From the NCBI GenBank assembly GCA_964016885.1, contig OZ024743.1, positions 97,960,001-98,024,000 of the forward strand: a DNA stretch of 64,000 nt, given 5' to 3'. Numbering within the stretch: position 1 is the stretch's first letter; every line of letters starts with the position of its first letter. Source of the stretch: Eledone cirrhosa (taxonomy: Eukaryota). Of this stretch, positions 1 to 15,070 are shown piece after piece. The position numbers and the translations under genes are program-made. Under the pieces are notes generated by a model, which made no database searches, was not told the DNA's origin, and saw only the letters and a program-made list of their open reading frames with translations.

Positions 1-37
1 GGAGCTCACGATAATACGATTTCCTACGTAGGTCGCC

Positions 38-39
<2 letters not shown>
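1..39 (-). mobile_element. 5' terminus of another copy of Tx1-type element A (element continues left of the window)
   Basis: ggagctcacgataatacgatttcctacgtaggtcgccaa matches 22206-22244 (5' end of element A) with 2 mismatches; both are followed by (AAT)n. Confidence 0.85.

Positions 40-84
<45 letters not shown>
38..84. repeat. (AAT)n microsatellite joining two retroelements
   Basis: perfect AAT run. Confidence 0.95.
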
Positions 85-86
<2 letters not shown>

Positions 87-1379
87 GTCTTACAAAAATG
101 CCCATTAAAGACAGTATTGTACGATACAGTGCTCTTTTATAGAAACTTTTAGAAATAAGAAATAACAAACACAAAATCAAAAGACTTAATAAAAATAATT
201 CCCCAAAGGAGGAGATCTCCAAGGGTCAATCATTTAAAACCTAGCATAAACCCACGGTCAAACAGTTGTCCTCATCCGATCTACAGGTGGCTGTCCGATG
301 TACAGGTGGATGTCCGAACCTTGCCCGCCACTCCATCCTCCATTCAACAAATATACTGAAAGGTGGCACTCTCCTATCTACTCTAAATTTCCTTTTCAAA
401 TAAAACTTAAAAACTTCTGAAGGCTTGGCCAAAGAAGAGAGGGCCTGTCTTATGCTCTTTCAATTTTGCCATGGACACCAGACAGATAAATAAAAATTAG
501 TTTCGCTTACTGGTTAACAGAAGGTGGTGAAACAACTTTCACAATAGGCTCAACTGCTAATTGGATTCACCCTACACGTGATAATCGTTGTTTGACATAA
601 CTCCACAACTGACCAATGCTCGGGCATTAGACATTGGTGCATGACAGTTTTGTTGCTCTGGGCAACTGGCTGCACTTCTGTAGAGACTATCTTAAACCGG
701 CAACGCCCCTCGTATCACTGTCAGGCAAGGGATTTCTGAAAATTATCTATAGACTTTCAACAGTAAGTCCTACGGTACAAAATAAATCAGTTGATTTTCA
801 TCAACATCCAGATTCTGCCCGAGTATGTCATCGCATTTAATCGCCACTAATTTTTATAAAAGAGAGAGTGGTGATAGCTTCCTTTCAGCTTATTTCTGAA
901 TGAGACTGGCCACCTTGTTCGTCCCCTCATTCCAGTTCTTGTCCTCCAAGCGATTTAATCAGTCCGTTCAGTGCACCTCGACGCTTCTGAGTGACATGGA
1001 CCTGTTTCTTCTTGTACCGTGTTCCAGAGCCACCAACTTGTCCTGGTAAATGTTCGCTCTTGTTACCGGCTTGTACATCCTTAAAGCGGTACATGTCACA
1101 TTGATACGCTAGGTTTCTAGCACTACTACGATGAGGCCGTCGGCATGAGCCGACAAAATTCATATCGGCTACCCATCAAAGTCTCCAGTTTCTTCAGTTT
1201 CTGCTGTGCACACAGAAGAAATAAAATGGGACAGATTTGATGGAGGGAGCGCAGGATAATGAAGGGCTCCACTAGGTGGTCATTTACTCTGACCGCCAAA
1301 TAGATGTCGCTGTAAATTGCAGCGATCCATCGACTCCTGAAGACGGGACCGAAACTTGGTGAGTTCAGAACCACCAAAT

Positions 1380-1380
<1 letters not shown>
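85..1380 (-). mobile_element. Decayed L1/Tx1-type fragments (3' end and RT piece)
   Basis: Minus strand gives QCPSIGQLWSYVKQRLSRVG (~570-630; compare C-terminus of A and C) and FGPVFRSRWIAAIYSDIYLAVRVNDHLVEPF (compare FGPVFRGWIAAMHSDICSVVRVNGHLSEPF in A). Confidence 0.7.
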
Positions 1381-1386
<6 letters not shown>

Positions 1387-1471
<85 letters not shown>

Positions 1472-1497
1472 GCGTGTGTGTGTGTGTGTGTATATGC
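1387..1497. repeat. (TA)n(TG)n microsatellite
   Basis: direct reading. Confidence 0.95.
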
Positions 1498-2324
1498 GTG
1501 CTGTTGTGTGTACCCACGTTACAGCTAAAAGCTACAAAACAAACATCCGTAAACCCACAAATCTGCAGATGTTTCTCCAACATTTAATTGGACGTCTGTA
1601 GCAATAATGTGTTTGAATTCCCTTTTTTCATTTTTGTAATAGTACCTCCACTATGAGGTACGGTTAAGTAATGGCCTTGTAATCGCTGACATTCATGGGT
1701 AATTTATAAAAACCTAACCTTATTATATGTAGTCGGAAGTCACCCTGCGCTCCCAACATGTCCGTAATCTTTTGAAAATCATCTGATCGCTACTCGAGCC
1801 AATATTTCTGGCTGTCATTTTAGTGTTTCAGAGATGTAATTGGAGTTTGGACAGGAGTTTGGCGTACCAGCTCTATGTATCTCGTGGCCTCGACCTCGGT
1901 GTATAAATTAAACACGATGAAATCTGCCAAATTTCGTTCGAAGGCTTATTGTAATCACGTCATTTTTTTTTTCCAAAGTGCTATGTCAACCTGTTTACTT
2001 TGGAATGGGTGAGATATGTCTTCTCTTATGAAAATGGATGTAGCTGTCATTATGTAAAACCGCTCCATTTCACCTCATTTCTCCTCATTTTTTTCATGGT
2101 ACCTCCCATATGAGTTTTTAGAGGTTGGAAGTTCTGCAAAAGTTTCACGAGCCTGTCTATCAGAAGTTTATTGCAACACGTGTGAATGTCGCAAAAGGCA
2201 ATATGTGAAAGATAGTGTAACAGTTTAAAATGTCTAGGACTCAGGTGTTCTTGTATCCATGGTAATGGGGTAGTCCATCAAATGTTCCGAAGCTCTTGGG
2301 TGATAGAATAAACCAAATAAATAT

Positions 2325-2961
2325 AATTGTTTCTACTTTTGGCACAAGGCCAGTAATTATCCCAGTGCATTACTGGTACTTTATTTTATCGACCCTATAA
2401 GGATAAAAGGCAAAGTTAACCTCGTCGGGATTTGAGCTCAGACCGTAAAGGGATGTAACTCTATGCTGCATGGCGTCCGACCCTCTACCGATTCTGCCAA
2501 TCCACCACCATAGCATGGCGTCCGACCCTCTACCGATACTGCCAATTCACCACCCTAGCATGGCATCCGACCCTCTACCGATACTGCCAATCCACCACCC
2601 TAGCATGGCGTCCGACCCTCTACCGATACTGCCAATCCACCACCCTAGCATGGCGTCCGACCCTCTACCGATACTGCCAATCCACCACCCTAGCATGGCG
2701 TCCGACCCTCTACCGATACTGCCAATCCACCACCCTAGCATGGCGTCCGACCCTCTACCGATACTGCCAATCCACGACCCTAGCATGGCGTCCGACCCTC
2801 TACCGATACTGCCAATCCACCACCCTAACATGGCGTCCGACCCTCTACCGATACTGCAAATCCACCACCCTAGCATGGCGTCCGACCCTCTACCGATACT
2901 GCCAATCCACCACCCTAGCATGGCGTCCGACCCTCTACCGATACTGCCAATCCACTACCCT
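2325..2961 (-). mobile_element. tRNA-headed SINE with Nin/Deu-like central domain; 5' head tandemly amplified
   Basis: Minus strand has A-box-like TGGCAGTATCGG, B-box-like GAGCTCAAATCCC, GCCTTTTATCCTTATAGGGTCGATAAAATAAAGTACCAG domain, and ends AGAAACAATTAT. Confidence 0.85.
2467..2961. repeat. 39-bp tandem repeat (~12.7 copies) made from the SINE head
   Basis: unit GCATGGCGTCCGACCCTCTACCGATACTGCCAATCCACCACCCTA-like repeats without spacers; produces the MASDPLPILPIHHPS ORF artefact. Confidence 0.9.
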
Positions 2962-3305
2962 TAAATATAAAATTAGAAGGAAATATCTTCTGTTCACCTC
3001 ATTGTGAATTATGGTCGTTCACACCGAGCAACAACAACCAAATTATAATAGTTATTTTCAAACTATATAGAAGCAAATTAATTTATGCATAAATTTATGC
3101 ATCGATTATGTTTCGCAATGTTTGATTTGTTCCACCATCTTGCATAGACATTTTTTTATCATCTCGTAACGAAAGATTACGACGAAAATCCAGAGATGCA
3201 GATGTTAATATATTGAACGAAATGTTCCAACTGGAAGAAAACAAACCGAAAAAATACAGTATACATATATAGATATATAGAGGTGTGTGTGAGTGGGGGG
3301 GGGTT

Positions 3306-3346
<41 letters not shown>

Positions 3347-3423
3347 CTGTGTATTTATATGTATATATAGATATAGATATAGATATATATGTGTGTATTT
3401 GTGTATGTGTGTGTGCGTGTGCT

Positions 3424-3462
<39 letters not shown>

Positions 3463-3838
3463 TTATGCATATATATATATATATATATATATTAACTAAC
3501 TTGTTTATTTATAAGAAATAACATTGGAAACATCTACCATATTTTGTAATATGTTTAAATATTACAATTTAGATGTAGCTTTTACACTGAATGAAGAGTT
3601 ATCTAACAGAAAGGAAATTAAATTTGCTCTGAGAAATTCCTATCACATACCTTTTTTCTATGTTTCTTTCTCGTAACACCAATACATCATCATTCGTAGT
3701 TTCATTCGTCTTGTAGATGTTTCACAATGTAACTTGACAGTCTGTGTATGACAACTTGACAAATATTTTTTTTTAAAGTATACCTACATTTAATTAAATA
3801 CTTCAGCTTCTATGAAGATAGTGTTTCCAATATATAAA

Positions 3839-3882
<44 letters not shown>

Positions 3883-3936
3883 TATAGATTTATATATATA
3901 CTTACAATCACAGACGGAAATACAAACACACACACG

Positions 3937-3996
<60 letters not shown>

Positions 3997-4000
<4 letters not shown>

Positions 4001-4017
4001 TAGATAGATAGATAGAC

Positions 4018-4050
<33 letters not shown>

Positions 4051-4051
4051 T

Positions 4052-4091
<40 letters not shown>

Positions 4092-4096
4092 ATAGA
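3997..4096. repeat. (TAGA)n microsatellite
   Basis: direct reading. Confidence 0.95.
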
Positions 4097-4299
4097 TGTA
4101 TTAGTAAAACATTATCACAACTGACGTGAAAGTTTCTGTATCTGTCCTTTTAATACAATATTTTTTTTATTATATACCTTTTATTGTACATTTTTTTTCT
4201 ATAGACACAAGTAATAATTTGTTTTTACATACAAAACAAGAATCTTTTTAAGATATATAAATTTATATAGATATATATGTGTGTGTGTTTGTGTGTGTG

Positions 4300-4374
<75 letters not shown>

Positions 4375-4380
<6 letters not shown>

Positions 4381-5120
4381 TTAGTGCTCTGAAATAGCGA
4401 TATATATATGAATGTATATAGTGTATATTGCAATACACTGTATGCTTAATTAAAAGCATTTCGAAGACCTTACGCTATTGTTTTAGAGTAGTGACAGTCT
4501 CACTTACTTTAAATTTTCAGCAAACAGGGGAGATAAAGCTGACAGAGCTCTGTTTCGTACTTTTTGGTACTTATCAAAATTAACTACTCCACCTGTTTGC
4601 TGAAAATCATGAATGTTTGATTCTTATAGAATTCTAGTAATAATTAGGAACTGATTATACAGAGCGGTTGCCAGTCAAGCAGAAATTGAAAATTAGAATT
4701 GGTGCTCTGAAATAGCGATATATATATGAATGTATATATAGTATATTTTGCAATACACTGTATGCTTAATTAAAAGCATTTCGAAGACCTTACGCTATTG
4801 TTTTGAAGTAGTGACAGTCTAACTTACTTTAAATTTTCAGCAAACAGGGGCGATAAAGCTGACAGAGTTCTGTTTCGTACTTTTCGGTACATATCAAAGC
4901 TAACTACTAGAGTAGTGACAGTCTCACCTACTTTAAATTTTCAGCAAACACGGTTAGCTTTGATAAGTACCAAAAAGTACGAAACAGAGCTCTGTCAGCT
5001 TTATCTCCCCTATTTGCTGAAAATTTAAAGTAAGTGAGACTGTCACTACTCTAAAACAATAGCGTAAGGTTTTCGAAATGCTTTTAATTAAGCATACAGC
5101 GTATTGCAAAATACACTATA
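4375..5120. mobile_element. Non-coding HHR-bearing element: two direct ~215-bp units plus one inverted copy, flanked by (TA)n
   Basis: 4375-4590 matches 4693-4908; 4952-5120 is the reverse complement; each unit has a hammerhead motif; layout resembles Penelope pLTRs or retrozymes. Confidence 0.75.
4956..5000 (+). ncRNA. Type I hammerhead ribozyme, U3-A8 core variant
   Basis: AGCT-TTGATAA-GTAC caaaaa GTAC-GAAAC AGAGCTCT GTC-AGCT: stems I, II and III all pair, GUC site, palindromic stem III; related copies on - at ~4537-4583 and ~4857-4901. Confidence 0.8.
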
Positions 5121-5157
5121 TATATATAATGTGTGTATATAAAAATATATATATATG

Positions 5158-6419
<1,262 letters not shown>

Positions 6420-6434
6420 TATACGTATATATGC

Positions 6435-6465
<31 letters not shown>

Positions 6466-6481
6466 TGTGTGTGTGTGTGTA

Positions 6482-6513
<32 letters not shown>

Positions 6514-6761
6514 TGTGTAGATGGATGGGTTTCTACCAGACGAGTACGTTGTGGCTTTAAAAATGCCAGTCAAAGCTGGCCAATGTTTATACATAACTAG
6601 AAAGAAAATGATACCCAAAATGTGATGTAACTGGTTTCACATTCCACGGTAAAGCAATGTTAAACGATTCAATTTCTCTCAAAAAGATGTCTAATCAGAT
6701 TCCCTAAACATTTTAAATTGGACATGTTTATCTCCAATCAGAAATCATTATCAATTGAAAA

Positions 6762-6949
6762 GCGCGGTGAATTGGCAGTAACAGTAGAGGGTCGGACATG
6801 CTTTCTAGCGTAGTTACGCCCCTTTACGGTCTGAGTTCAAATCCCGCGGAGGTTAACTTTGCCTTTCATCCTTACGGGGTCGATAAAATAAAGTACCAGT
6901 AATGCACTGGGATAATTGCCAGCCTTGTGCCAGAAGTAGAAACAATTAT
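6762..6949 (+). mobile_element. SINE (Nin/Deu-like domain)
   Basis: full-length match to the other copies; ends gtagaaacaattat. Confidence 0.85.
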
Positions 6950-7940
6950 CAATTGAAAAACATTCATAATGTAAGTTATTAAAAGCGGCTCTTCATCAAC
7001 TGGGAAACATTATTGAAATAAAATAACACGTATCCTTAATGTAATGCAAGGTCTGAAATTAGTTGATAAGACTGCAATAAGGTAATCATATGGCATGATA
7101 CTGACATTGAACTTAGCACTAGTAAATTCAGATTCGAAATGTGTAAGCTTACATAGAGATGTGGGAGATGTATTATATGTATGCACTGTCACGACATACA
7201 GCATGTTTTGTGCATTTAAACCATGTCTTATGAAAGTCGATTTCTTTCAGAGAAGCTGAGATTAAGAGAGATGAAGTGAAACAGAGATATAGAAGAAGAT
7301 TCGACACTCGTATTGGAATGGTACTTTGTTATCAACCTCGAAAAATGTCCGGCAAAATTGACCTCGGCGGGATTTGAACTGAGAGAGCCCAGAGAACCGG
7401 AATAAATACCACGTAGCATTCTTTCCGACATTCTAACGATTCAATTGACCTCCTATCATAGTGGTAGAAAAATTAAATAGAACGAGTTAAGGCTAAATGT
7501 AAGCAAAAGAGCCCTCTTTACAGATTTTCTCATTTCTTCTTAAGAGGGAACCCTATCATAGCTATAGTGATACAGTCAAATTCAATGAATTGTCAAATCA
7601 TTTTACCTCATCTCACCCCTATTAGTACGGTATTGGTAAAATGTATACATTATATTAACAGATACGTCATTACCAATATGTTATCTAAAGTTTTTCTGTG
7701 TTACAGAAGTTAAATTGAGGCACTCAGGGCCAGAGGATTACACAGCGTAAATTATCAAAATCATTGTCTTTCTGCAGCTTCAACCTTATGAAATGGGAAG
7801 ATTACAATAGGAATAGGAAAGTATTATAGTGTCTTACTACTTGGGTGAAAGTCAAATGTGATGTTTTTATATAAAGTTTCTTGTTCAACATATATAGAGA
7901 GAAGCTGAATGTTGGCCATTGCCACGTTGTTTCACAAGCT

Positions 7941-8618
7941 ATGTTATCTGATATCTTTATTTCCTGTACATACATAGTTCCACCAGTGTTCACTAGAAAG
8001 CCATGTTATCTGATATCTTTATTTCCTGTACATACATAGTTCCACCAGTGTTCACTAGAAAGCCATGTTATCTGATATCTTTATTTCCTGTACATACATA
8101 GTTCCACCAGTGTTCACCAGAAAGCCATGTTATCTGATATCTTTATTTCCTGTACATACATAGATCCGCCAGTGTTCACCAGAAAGCCATGTTATCTGAT
8201 ATCTTTATTTCCTGTACATACATAGATCCGCCAGTGTTCACCAGAAAGCCATGTTATCTGATATCTTTATTTCCTGTACATACATAGATCCGCCAGTGTT
8301 CACCAGAAAGCCATGTTATCTGATATCTTTATTTCCTGTACATACATAGATCCGCCAGTGTTCACCAGAAAGCCATGTTATCTGATATCTTTATTTCCTG
8401 TACATACATAGATCCGCCAGTGTTCACCAGAAAGCCATGTTATCTGATATCTTTATTTCCTGTACATACATAGATCCGCCAGTGTTCACCAGAAAGCCAT
8501 GTTATCTGATATCTTTATTTCCTGTACATACATAGTTCCACCAGTGTTCACCAGAAAGCCATGTTATCTGATATCTTTATTTCCTGTACATACATAGATC
8601 CACCAGTGTTCACCAGAA
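7941..8618. repeat. 62-bp minisatellite, ~11 copies
   Basis: unit ATGTTATCTGATATCTTTATTTCCTGTACATACATAG(T/A)TCC(A/G)CCAGTGTTCAC(T/C)AGAAAGCC starts at 7941, 8003, 8065 ... 8561. Confidence 0.95.
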
Positions 8619-11600
8619 TAGGATCTACTATCCTAACTTACTATGTTTTAAATAAAATTTATGTTAAAGTTTGAACGCAATAACGCTAAATTAATGAGTC
8701 GTAAATTGGAGATTATGAGGTTTTCTTTTTAACTTGTGGGTGTATAGAGACCCCGAATTTCCGTTAAGGCTTCTAATTTGAAATGCTTTGGTTTGGTTTT
8801 GGCTGACTACACCCTGAGTTCAAATTCCACCGGAGTCATCTTTGCCATTCATTCTTTCGAGTTCGATAAATATAGTACCATTTCAGTACTGGAGTTCTTC
8901 CTCTGTCTCTCGTCATCAGTTTTTCTCTCTCATTATTTCTCTCTCCCTCTCTTTTTCTCTATGTCTCTCTGTATGTCTCTCTCTCTCTCACTCTACCTCT
9001 CTCTCTCTATCACTCTCTCTTTCTCTATCCTTCTCTCATTTTGTCTTTCTTTGGCTGTGTTCCTGGTGAGGGATAGGTTGGCCAGGTCTTAAATCCTCAG
9101 TTGTTACGAAGGCACACTATGACCCCATCGACCATTAAGGAACCTTAACCTTTTTATGACTATGTAGATTGCTTTTCAACAGACCAGTACATACACGTTC
9201 TGATTTCTAGCTTTATAATTACTCCTGTTTGTTCTGTCACAATTATTAGTAATTGGCGACGTGATTGTCACTTAGGTGAAAATCCATCTATCACAACAAT
9301 TACTATAACGTTTAATATAACTTGTTATATTCATATCAATTCTTATAATATATTCCACCAATTTCCGTCAAATATTTTAGCACACAACAGGGACCAAAGT
9401 TGCAAGTTTATCTCATATCAAGAAATATGCAAATATACTAGCCGCTTCTTTGTGATATTGTTATGCTATTTTTTAAAACTATTAACAGGTTTGGGTATTT
9501 TTAGTTTTTTGGGAGGAGGGGGTTATTCAACTATATTCTTGGAATGGGAGTTTCTGTAACGCTAAGGTGATTATTTCTAAATTGAAAGAATGCTGTTTTT
9601 GAAATATTCGATATAAGATTCAGCTTTATGGGCAAAAATATTACATATACTGTGTCATGAGGTTAGAAAAGGGATATGAGTTGTATAAAAGAAAATGGAA
9701 AAGAGTTAAAATATAACAACACAAATTAGTTCAGATATTCTGATATTTTCTACCTTTCTTTATAAGGTGGTGAATTGCCAAAATCGTTAAAGTTTATGAC
9801 AAAATGATTCGGGGTATCTACTCCGACTCTCAGTGCTCTGAGTTTAAATTCCACTGAGGTCAAATTTGTCTTTCATTATTTCGGAATCAATAAAATAGTT
9901 TGGAATTATAAAAGCGTTGAATGAGGTGCCTTGTGGTATTAGTTCCGGCACTTTGGGTTCTGAATTAAAGTTCACCACTTGAAAGTGTTTAGCGGAGGTT
10001 ATTACATTATGAACATTAAAGCCAGGTATCTAGTTTGGGGATAACCTCTCTCCCTATCAACAGATTTGGAGGGTTTTAAAAGGGTCTCTCCAGGAAAATT
10101 ATCGTATATCTAGTTGCGGGACGGTTGCTTCTGTTACGAATCTCTGGATGTCCTTCCCTAGGAATAAGTGGGCGAAGAAGAAGAATTAGTAAAATCTGTT
10201 TAGGCCTTGCCATCATTGTGTAATTGATACGATTGATGAATAAAATTAAGGGGCCCTTGTCTCGTACAGGCGCTGTCCTGACCCATGGTGTGTCTTGGGG
10301 TAATTTTCACCTGGCAGAGTGTATCCCTCTGAAGGCTGGAACACAACTGATTTCTACCAAAGAGAGAAAGGGAGAGATAATCAACCCTCCCCCAGTATTT
10401 CACTGACATTTCATTAACCTTGAGAGGATGAAAGACTAAGAAGCTCCTAGTAGGATTTGAATTCTTAGCGCAGTGATCCGGAACCAATACTTTAATATGT
10501 TTAATCTGACGTCTTGATGACTCAATTTTCCGCATTATTTGATTAATATTCCTAAATAAATGAAACAGTGTAGATCCACGGCGAACTAAACAAAAGTCAA
10601 TGAAAGGAAAATTTGCCGAAAACAAGAGAAATTATTGTAATTTTGTTTCTTCGGATGAAAGGAACGAGTTCTTTGAAAGTGACTCTTACAAAATATAATC
10701 AGAGTGAAAGCATATCTTACCGATGATATCGTGAAATTAAGTTGACATTTTGCTACATAGATAATTTGAAAGTAATGTATCATGAATGCAAATAAGAGCT
10801 ATAGAAATTTGAATAGAATGTTTACCTACAAAACTTAGCCCAAGCCTTAGATATATCATACAAGCCTAGATTGATTATGGGTATTATATAAAAGTTAGTT
10901 TCCTTATAAAACGATTTCCCAATTGAGAAAATATTACTATTGATATATGACAAAAGAGATAAGGAATACGGCTCATTGATCTCTAAATAAAACTTTTTTC
11001 AAAAGTCTAATTTGAGATGAAAGAAACTTCCTATTGAAGGAGGATAACAGACAAATAAATATGAGCTACCCTAGCAGTGAACGTAAATCGTAGCCACTAG
11101 AAAAATGTAACTCTAGTATATTAGACATAAAGTGAGTGAAAGAGATTATATTTCCAGGCATTTTCCAACAATTGAAAGAACCAGGTGTTTTGACAACTAT
11201 ATATGAATTGTAAAGTACATGACAGCAATCTTTAGAGAAATCAGTTGGTAAATAGCTTTTGAGAAATATACTATATTAAAGTATAAGAATATATATGGAT
11301 ATGTTTCTATTTCTTATGAAAGTAAACAGCACGCAGTCACTAAGACACGGCTGTCAGCTGTAATATTCTTCTAGTTGACTTAACACTCAATCGTATGTTA
11401 CGATCGTTCGAACATAATCTAAATAGCTTTCTAATAGAACAGAAAGAAATATCTAATATAATAAGAAAATCTATCTCATTCTCCTATCTTTTAGGACTAT
11501 ACTGACATTTGTAAAAGTACTAATTGTACTAATTTTAGAAAACAAAATATTGTTTATGAGAATTCAACTATTACTAGTGTGGACGGTTGAAGAGAAAGAG

Positions 11601-13150
11601 TCTTGGTGATCCATGCAACCAACAAGATGGCGATAGCTCTCCGCTGAGTATCGAGGTTCTCTTAACTTATTTGTGGAGGTTCTATACAACTGTTACTCAA
11701 ATTCAATTGTCTTATATCCACTATCTTTCGTTCTCGAAAATGAGATGTATCATAATTCAACAATTTGATAACATTTTCAGCTTACTATTGTGGCTTTATT
11801 ATAGTTTCTGATTACTCAGCTCAACAGAATTTTATTGATACGTTCCATTCTATTCAAGAATGAATCTTGTACTAAACGTCTTTAATTGCCACCCTTAGTC
11901 GACCCAGACACATATAAATCAATATCGTTAGATTTTCATTTTCTTTATAAACACATTTCCATTGAGAGTGATATTAACTCTATAACTACCACAGCGGAAG
12001 ACAAAGGTTGTGTGAATAAGGTGTCTTCATCACTGGATAATCCCACCTATCTCCCTATTTCAAACCGTATTTACTGGGCAGTAAATCATGTAAAATCAGA
12101 CATAACGACTTGCTGCTGAGCTGCCAAATTGAATGGAAATTGATTTATAGTTTTAATGTGTATACAACAGAAACTAAATGAATCCGCACACACGAAATTG
12201 AAAACAAATCTACTGGTGAGCAAATTTTATTTCTAATAACATTTTACCAACTTGTGCTTATAATTCATATGACATAGTTTATATTCATATGTTTCTATTA
12301 GTAATGATTTATAATTTGCTATTACAACTTAAATTATATCGTTTAAAACTAACAACACTTATGTGAAGTAGCAGAACGGCTACATTCTAATCAATGTGGT
12401 TTCTATAGCTCAAACATCAACTGTAAGTGCTTTGATTGAGCCTATACAATGTATATTATCTGTTATATCTATGATCTATAAGATTGCTTAAATATTGCAC
12501 TTACTAGAATCGGTTCCCAAAATAGGAAAATGAAATAAGCAGCCATTTATATGTAGCTGGTTCTTAAATGTAAGGTATCAAACTCTCGGCTTAGAACTGG
12601 AAGGCGTCAACTTGAATTCATTTCCTCAACTAGCAACTGTATGACTACACTGTATTAGTACAAACGTTTAGCTAATTGTATGAGGGAATAAACGTTGACG
12701 TTAATAACTACTGGTGTTTTCTAAGAATAGTTGTTCATTATTCATAAAAATACATCAAGACAATGAATTTTGAAGTAAGCAACAACAATAGTAATCCATA
12801 AAACCTAATGTTTAGAGCTTTATATACATATAATCTGACTAAAAAACAATTCGTAGTCTTATATTTAAAAAACACTGGTGGATTCTGATTTATTTCACAA
12901 TATTGTTTATACATTCAGCGGGATTAACGAGGACTGAATATGAGGTAATCGAATATGTTTGAAATTCAATCAAATTTAAATATCATTTCACCTGACTGTT
13001 AGTGGTATGTTTGCTACCCATGAGCCCTTAACTATTAATGTTGTATGAGCACCGCAATGGTGTACGGTGCGTTTTCGACATTTAAACCTGATGGAGCCCC
13101 TCTCTCTCTCCAAGTCTAAACACAACTGATTTCTCCCAGAGGAAGATAGT

Positions 13151-13257
<107 letters not shown>

Positions 13258-13489
13258 TTAAAGTCAGGGAAAGAGAAAGAGTGAATGGAGAGAGTGGAAA
13301 TGAGAAAGAAACATACAGGAAGAATCGATCCGAGGACAGGATTGTACTTTATATATCGACTTCAAAAAGATGAAGTGCAAAGTTGACCAAGGTGGGGTTT
13401 TATATATGTTTTGTATCGTTTTGTTTTACATTTGTAAACTTTTATACCTTTTAACTTTCTAAACATTTAAAACGATTTTTCTTGCTCTC

Positions 13490-15070
13490 GATATGGTAGG
13501 CTGGACTGTGTAGTCTCGTGAATACAATCAGCCTGGGAGATGGACAACTCCTATTACCAAAGCCTGCAATTAAAGCATCATTTGACATGTGGCACACTGT
13601 GCACCAGTACAAGACTTATAATGGAGAGAGTGGGCAGTGTATGGCACAGAGAACTGAAACAAATCATTTGTGCAGGTTATTCAACAAATAATGTGCAATC
13701 TTGTGTGTCCTTTAAATACCATGGCGATGCAGAGGTGGAAAATAGAGGATTCTGCTGGAATTTTCTAGCATGAACTTTGCATATATGTGGAGAAAGGTAG
13801 AGAGCCATCTATGACAACAGCAATTGTTAGGTTCGTATCCTCTTTTCACAGCAAAGGAACCCTTTTTAGGATGACACAAGGTAGAAAAAATGGGGCCTTA
13901 AAATTTTTTGCTCGTGCTGAATTGGTTATCAGGTGCAGGTGACTAGGCATCCCTCCTTTGCACCGAAAACAAAGTAAATGAAATGAATATAGGCTCATGG
14001 AATATGAGAACTCTGCAGGACGTAATCCTGATCACAGGACAACTATCAGAGCTCATCTTCTATCGCAGCAAAACATCAGCATAGCAGCTCTTTACAAAAT
14101 GGGTTTGCATGAAGTCGACAATTACAAGAAGTAGAAGGATGCTATACCTTTTATTGAGTAGGTGAATCGTCTGATGCAAAAATGGAAACTGGTGTTGGAT
14201 TTGCTATTAGAAGTGATTTAGTAAAACAACTTGAATCACTTCCTATTGGTGACAATGACAGGATTATGACCCTTCGTGGGAAAATAAGGACAAAATGGTA
14301 TTGTTCATTTTTTAGTTGCTAAACTCGACATTTGAGCTTAAAGAAGAATTATATTCCTATCTTTGTGGGTAGCTCAGAAAAGTGCCTGCTGATGATAAAT
14401 TGTTTCTGGTGGGGACTTTAATACCATCGTGTGAATTGACCACCTGGGATGGCTAAATATCTTAAGCCGACATAGAAATCTCCACTCAAATGGCTTTCTT
14501 TTGCTATCACTTTGTACAGAATTTAATTTTCTAATTACAAATATAGTCTTCCAAACAGTCAAATCATTTAAAGACTAGCTGGAGACACCCAGGATCTTGT
14601 TACTATCAATTGATTATATAATTACATATCAGACAAGCAGGCATGATGTAAATCTTACTCGCGCTCTCTGAATAGGAAAATCATGGTCTGATCATAAATG
14701 TATTCGTTCTCTCATAAACATGAAAATTCAAAAGCCTATTCAGACACAACAAATTGCTCCACATAAAGAATTAGATGTCAACAGGTTGAAGAATTAAAGC
14801 ACTGCACAATCCTTAAGTGACTCATTTGAAGCAAAGTCACATGATATTGAAGCCTCTTCGACAAGTCTGATAGATACACTCTTTGAGACACCAAAAGAAA
14901 CATTAAGTTACGTTCATCGTAAGCACCAGGACTGGTTTGACTCATATGATCCACAAATTCAATGACTTCTTGCGGAGATGTATAAACGACCCCGTACGTG
15001 GATGATTGATGAGAACTCAACCCCAGACATAAAACTTTTAAATATACAAAGAAGTATGCTCGAACAATAC
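13490..15070 (+). pseudogene. Decayed RTE/BovB-like LINE, 5' part with AP-endonuclease remnants
   Basis: Hand translation across frameshifts gives SWNMRTLQD, ETGVGFAIR, DRIMTLR, GDFN, WRHPGS, WSDHK and HQDWFD in the expected order; boundaries approximate. Confidence 0.7.

Noticed and set aside
2467-2961. CRISPR-like array or repetitive protein (MASDPLPILPIHHPS)n
   Set aside because: No unique spacers; the unit is the SINE head; eukaryotic context with no cas genes
7941-8618. CRISPR array
   Set aside because: Contiguous identical units without spacers
10800-13000. Unique AT-rich stretch as a possible gene region (also 29000-31000)
   Set aside because: No ORF with recognisable motifs and no convincing exon structure; cannot be classified by eye
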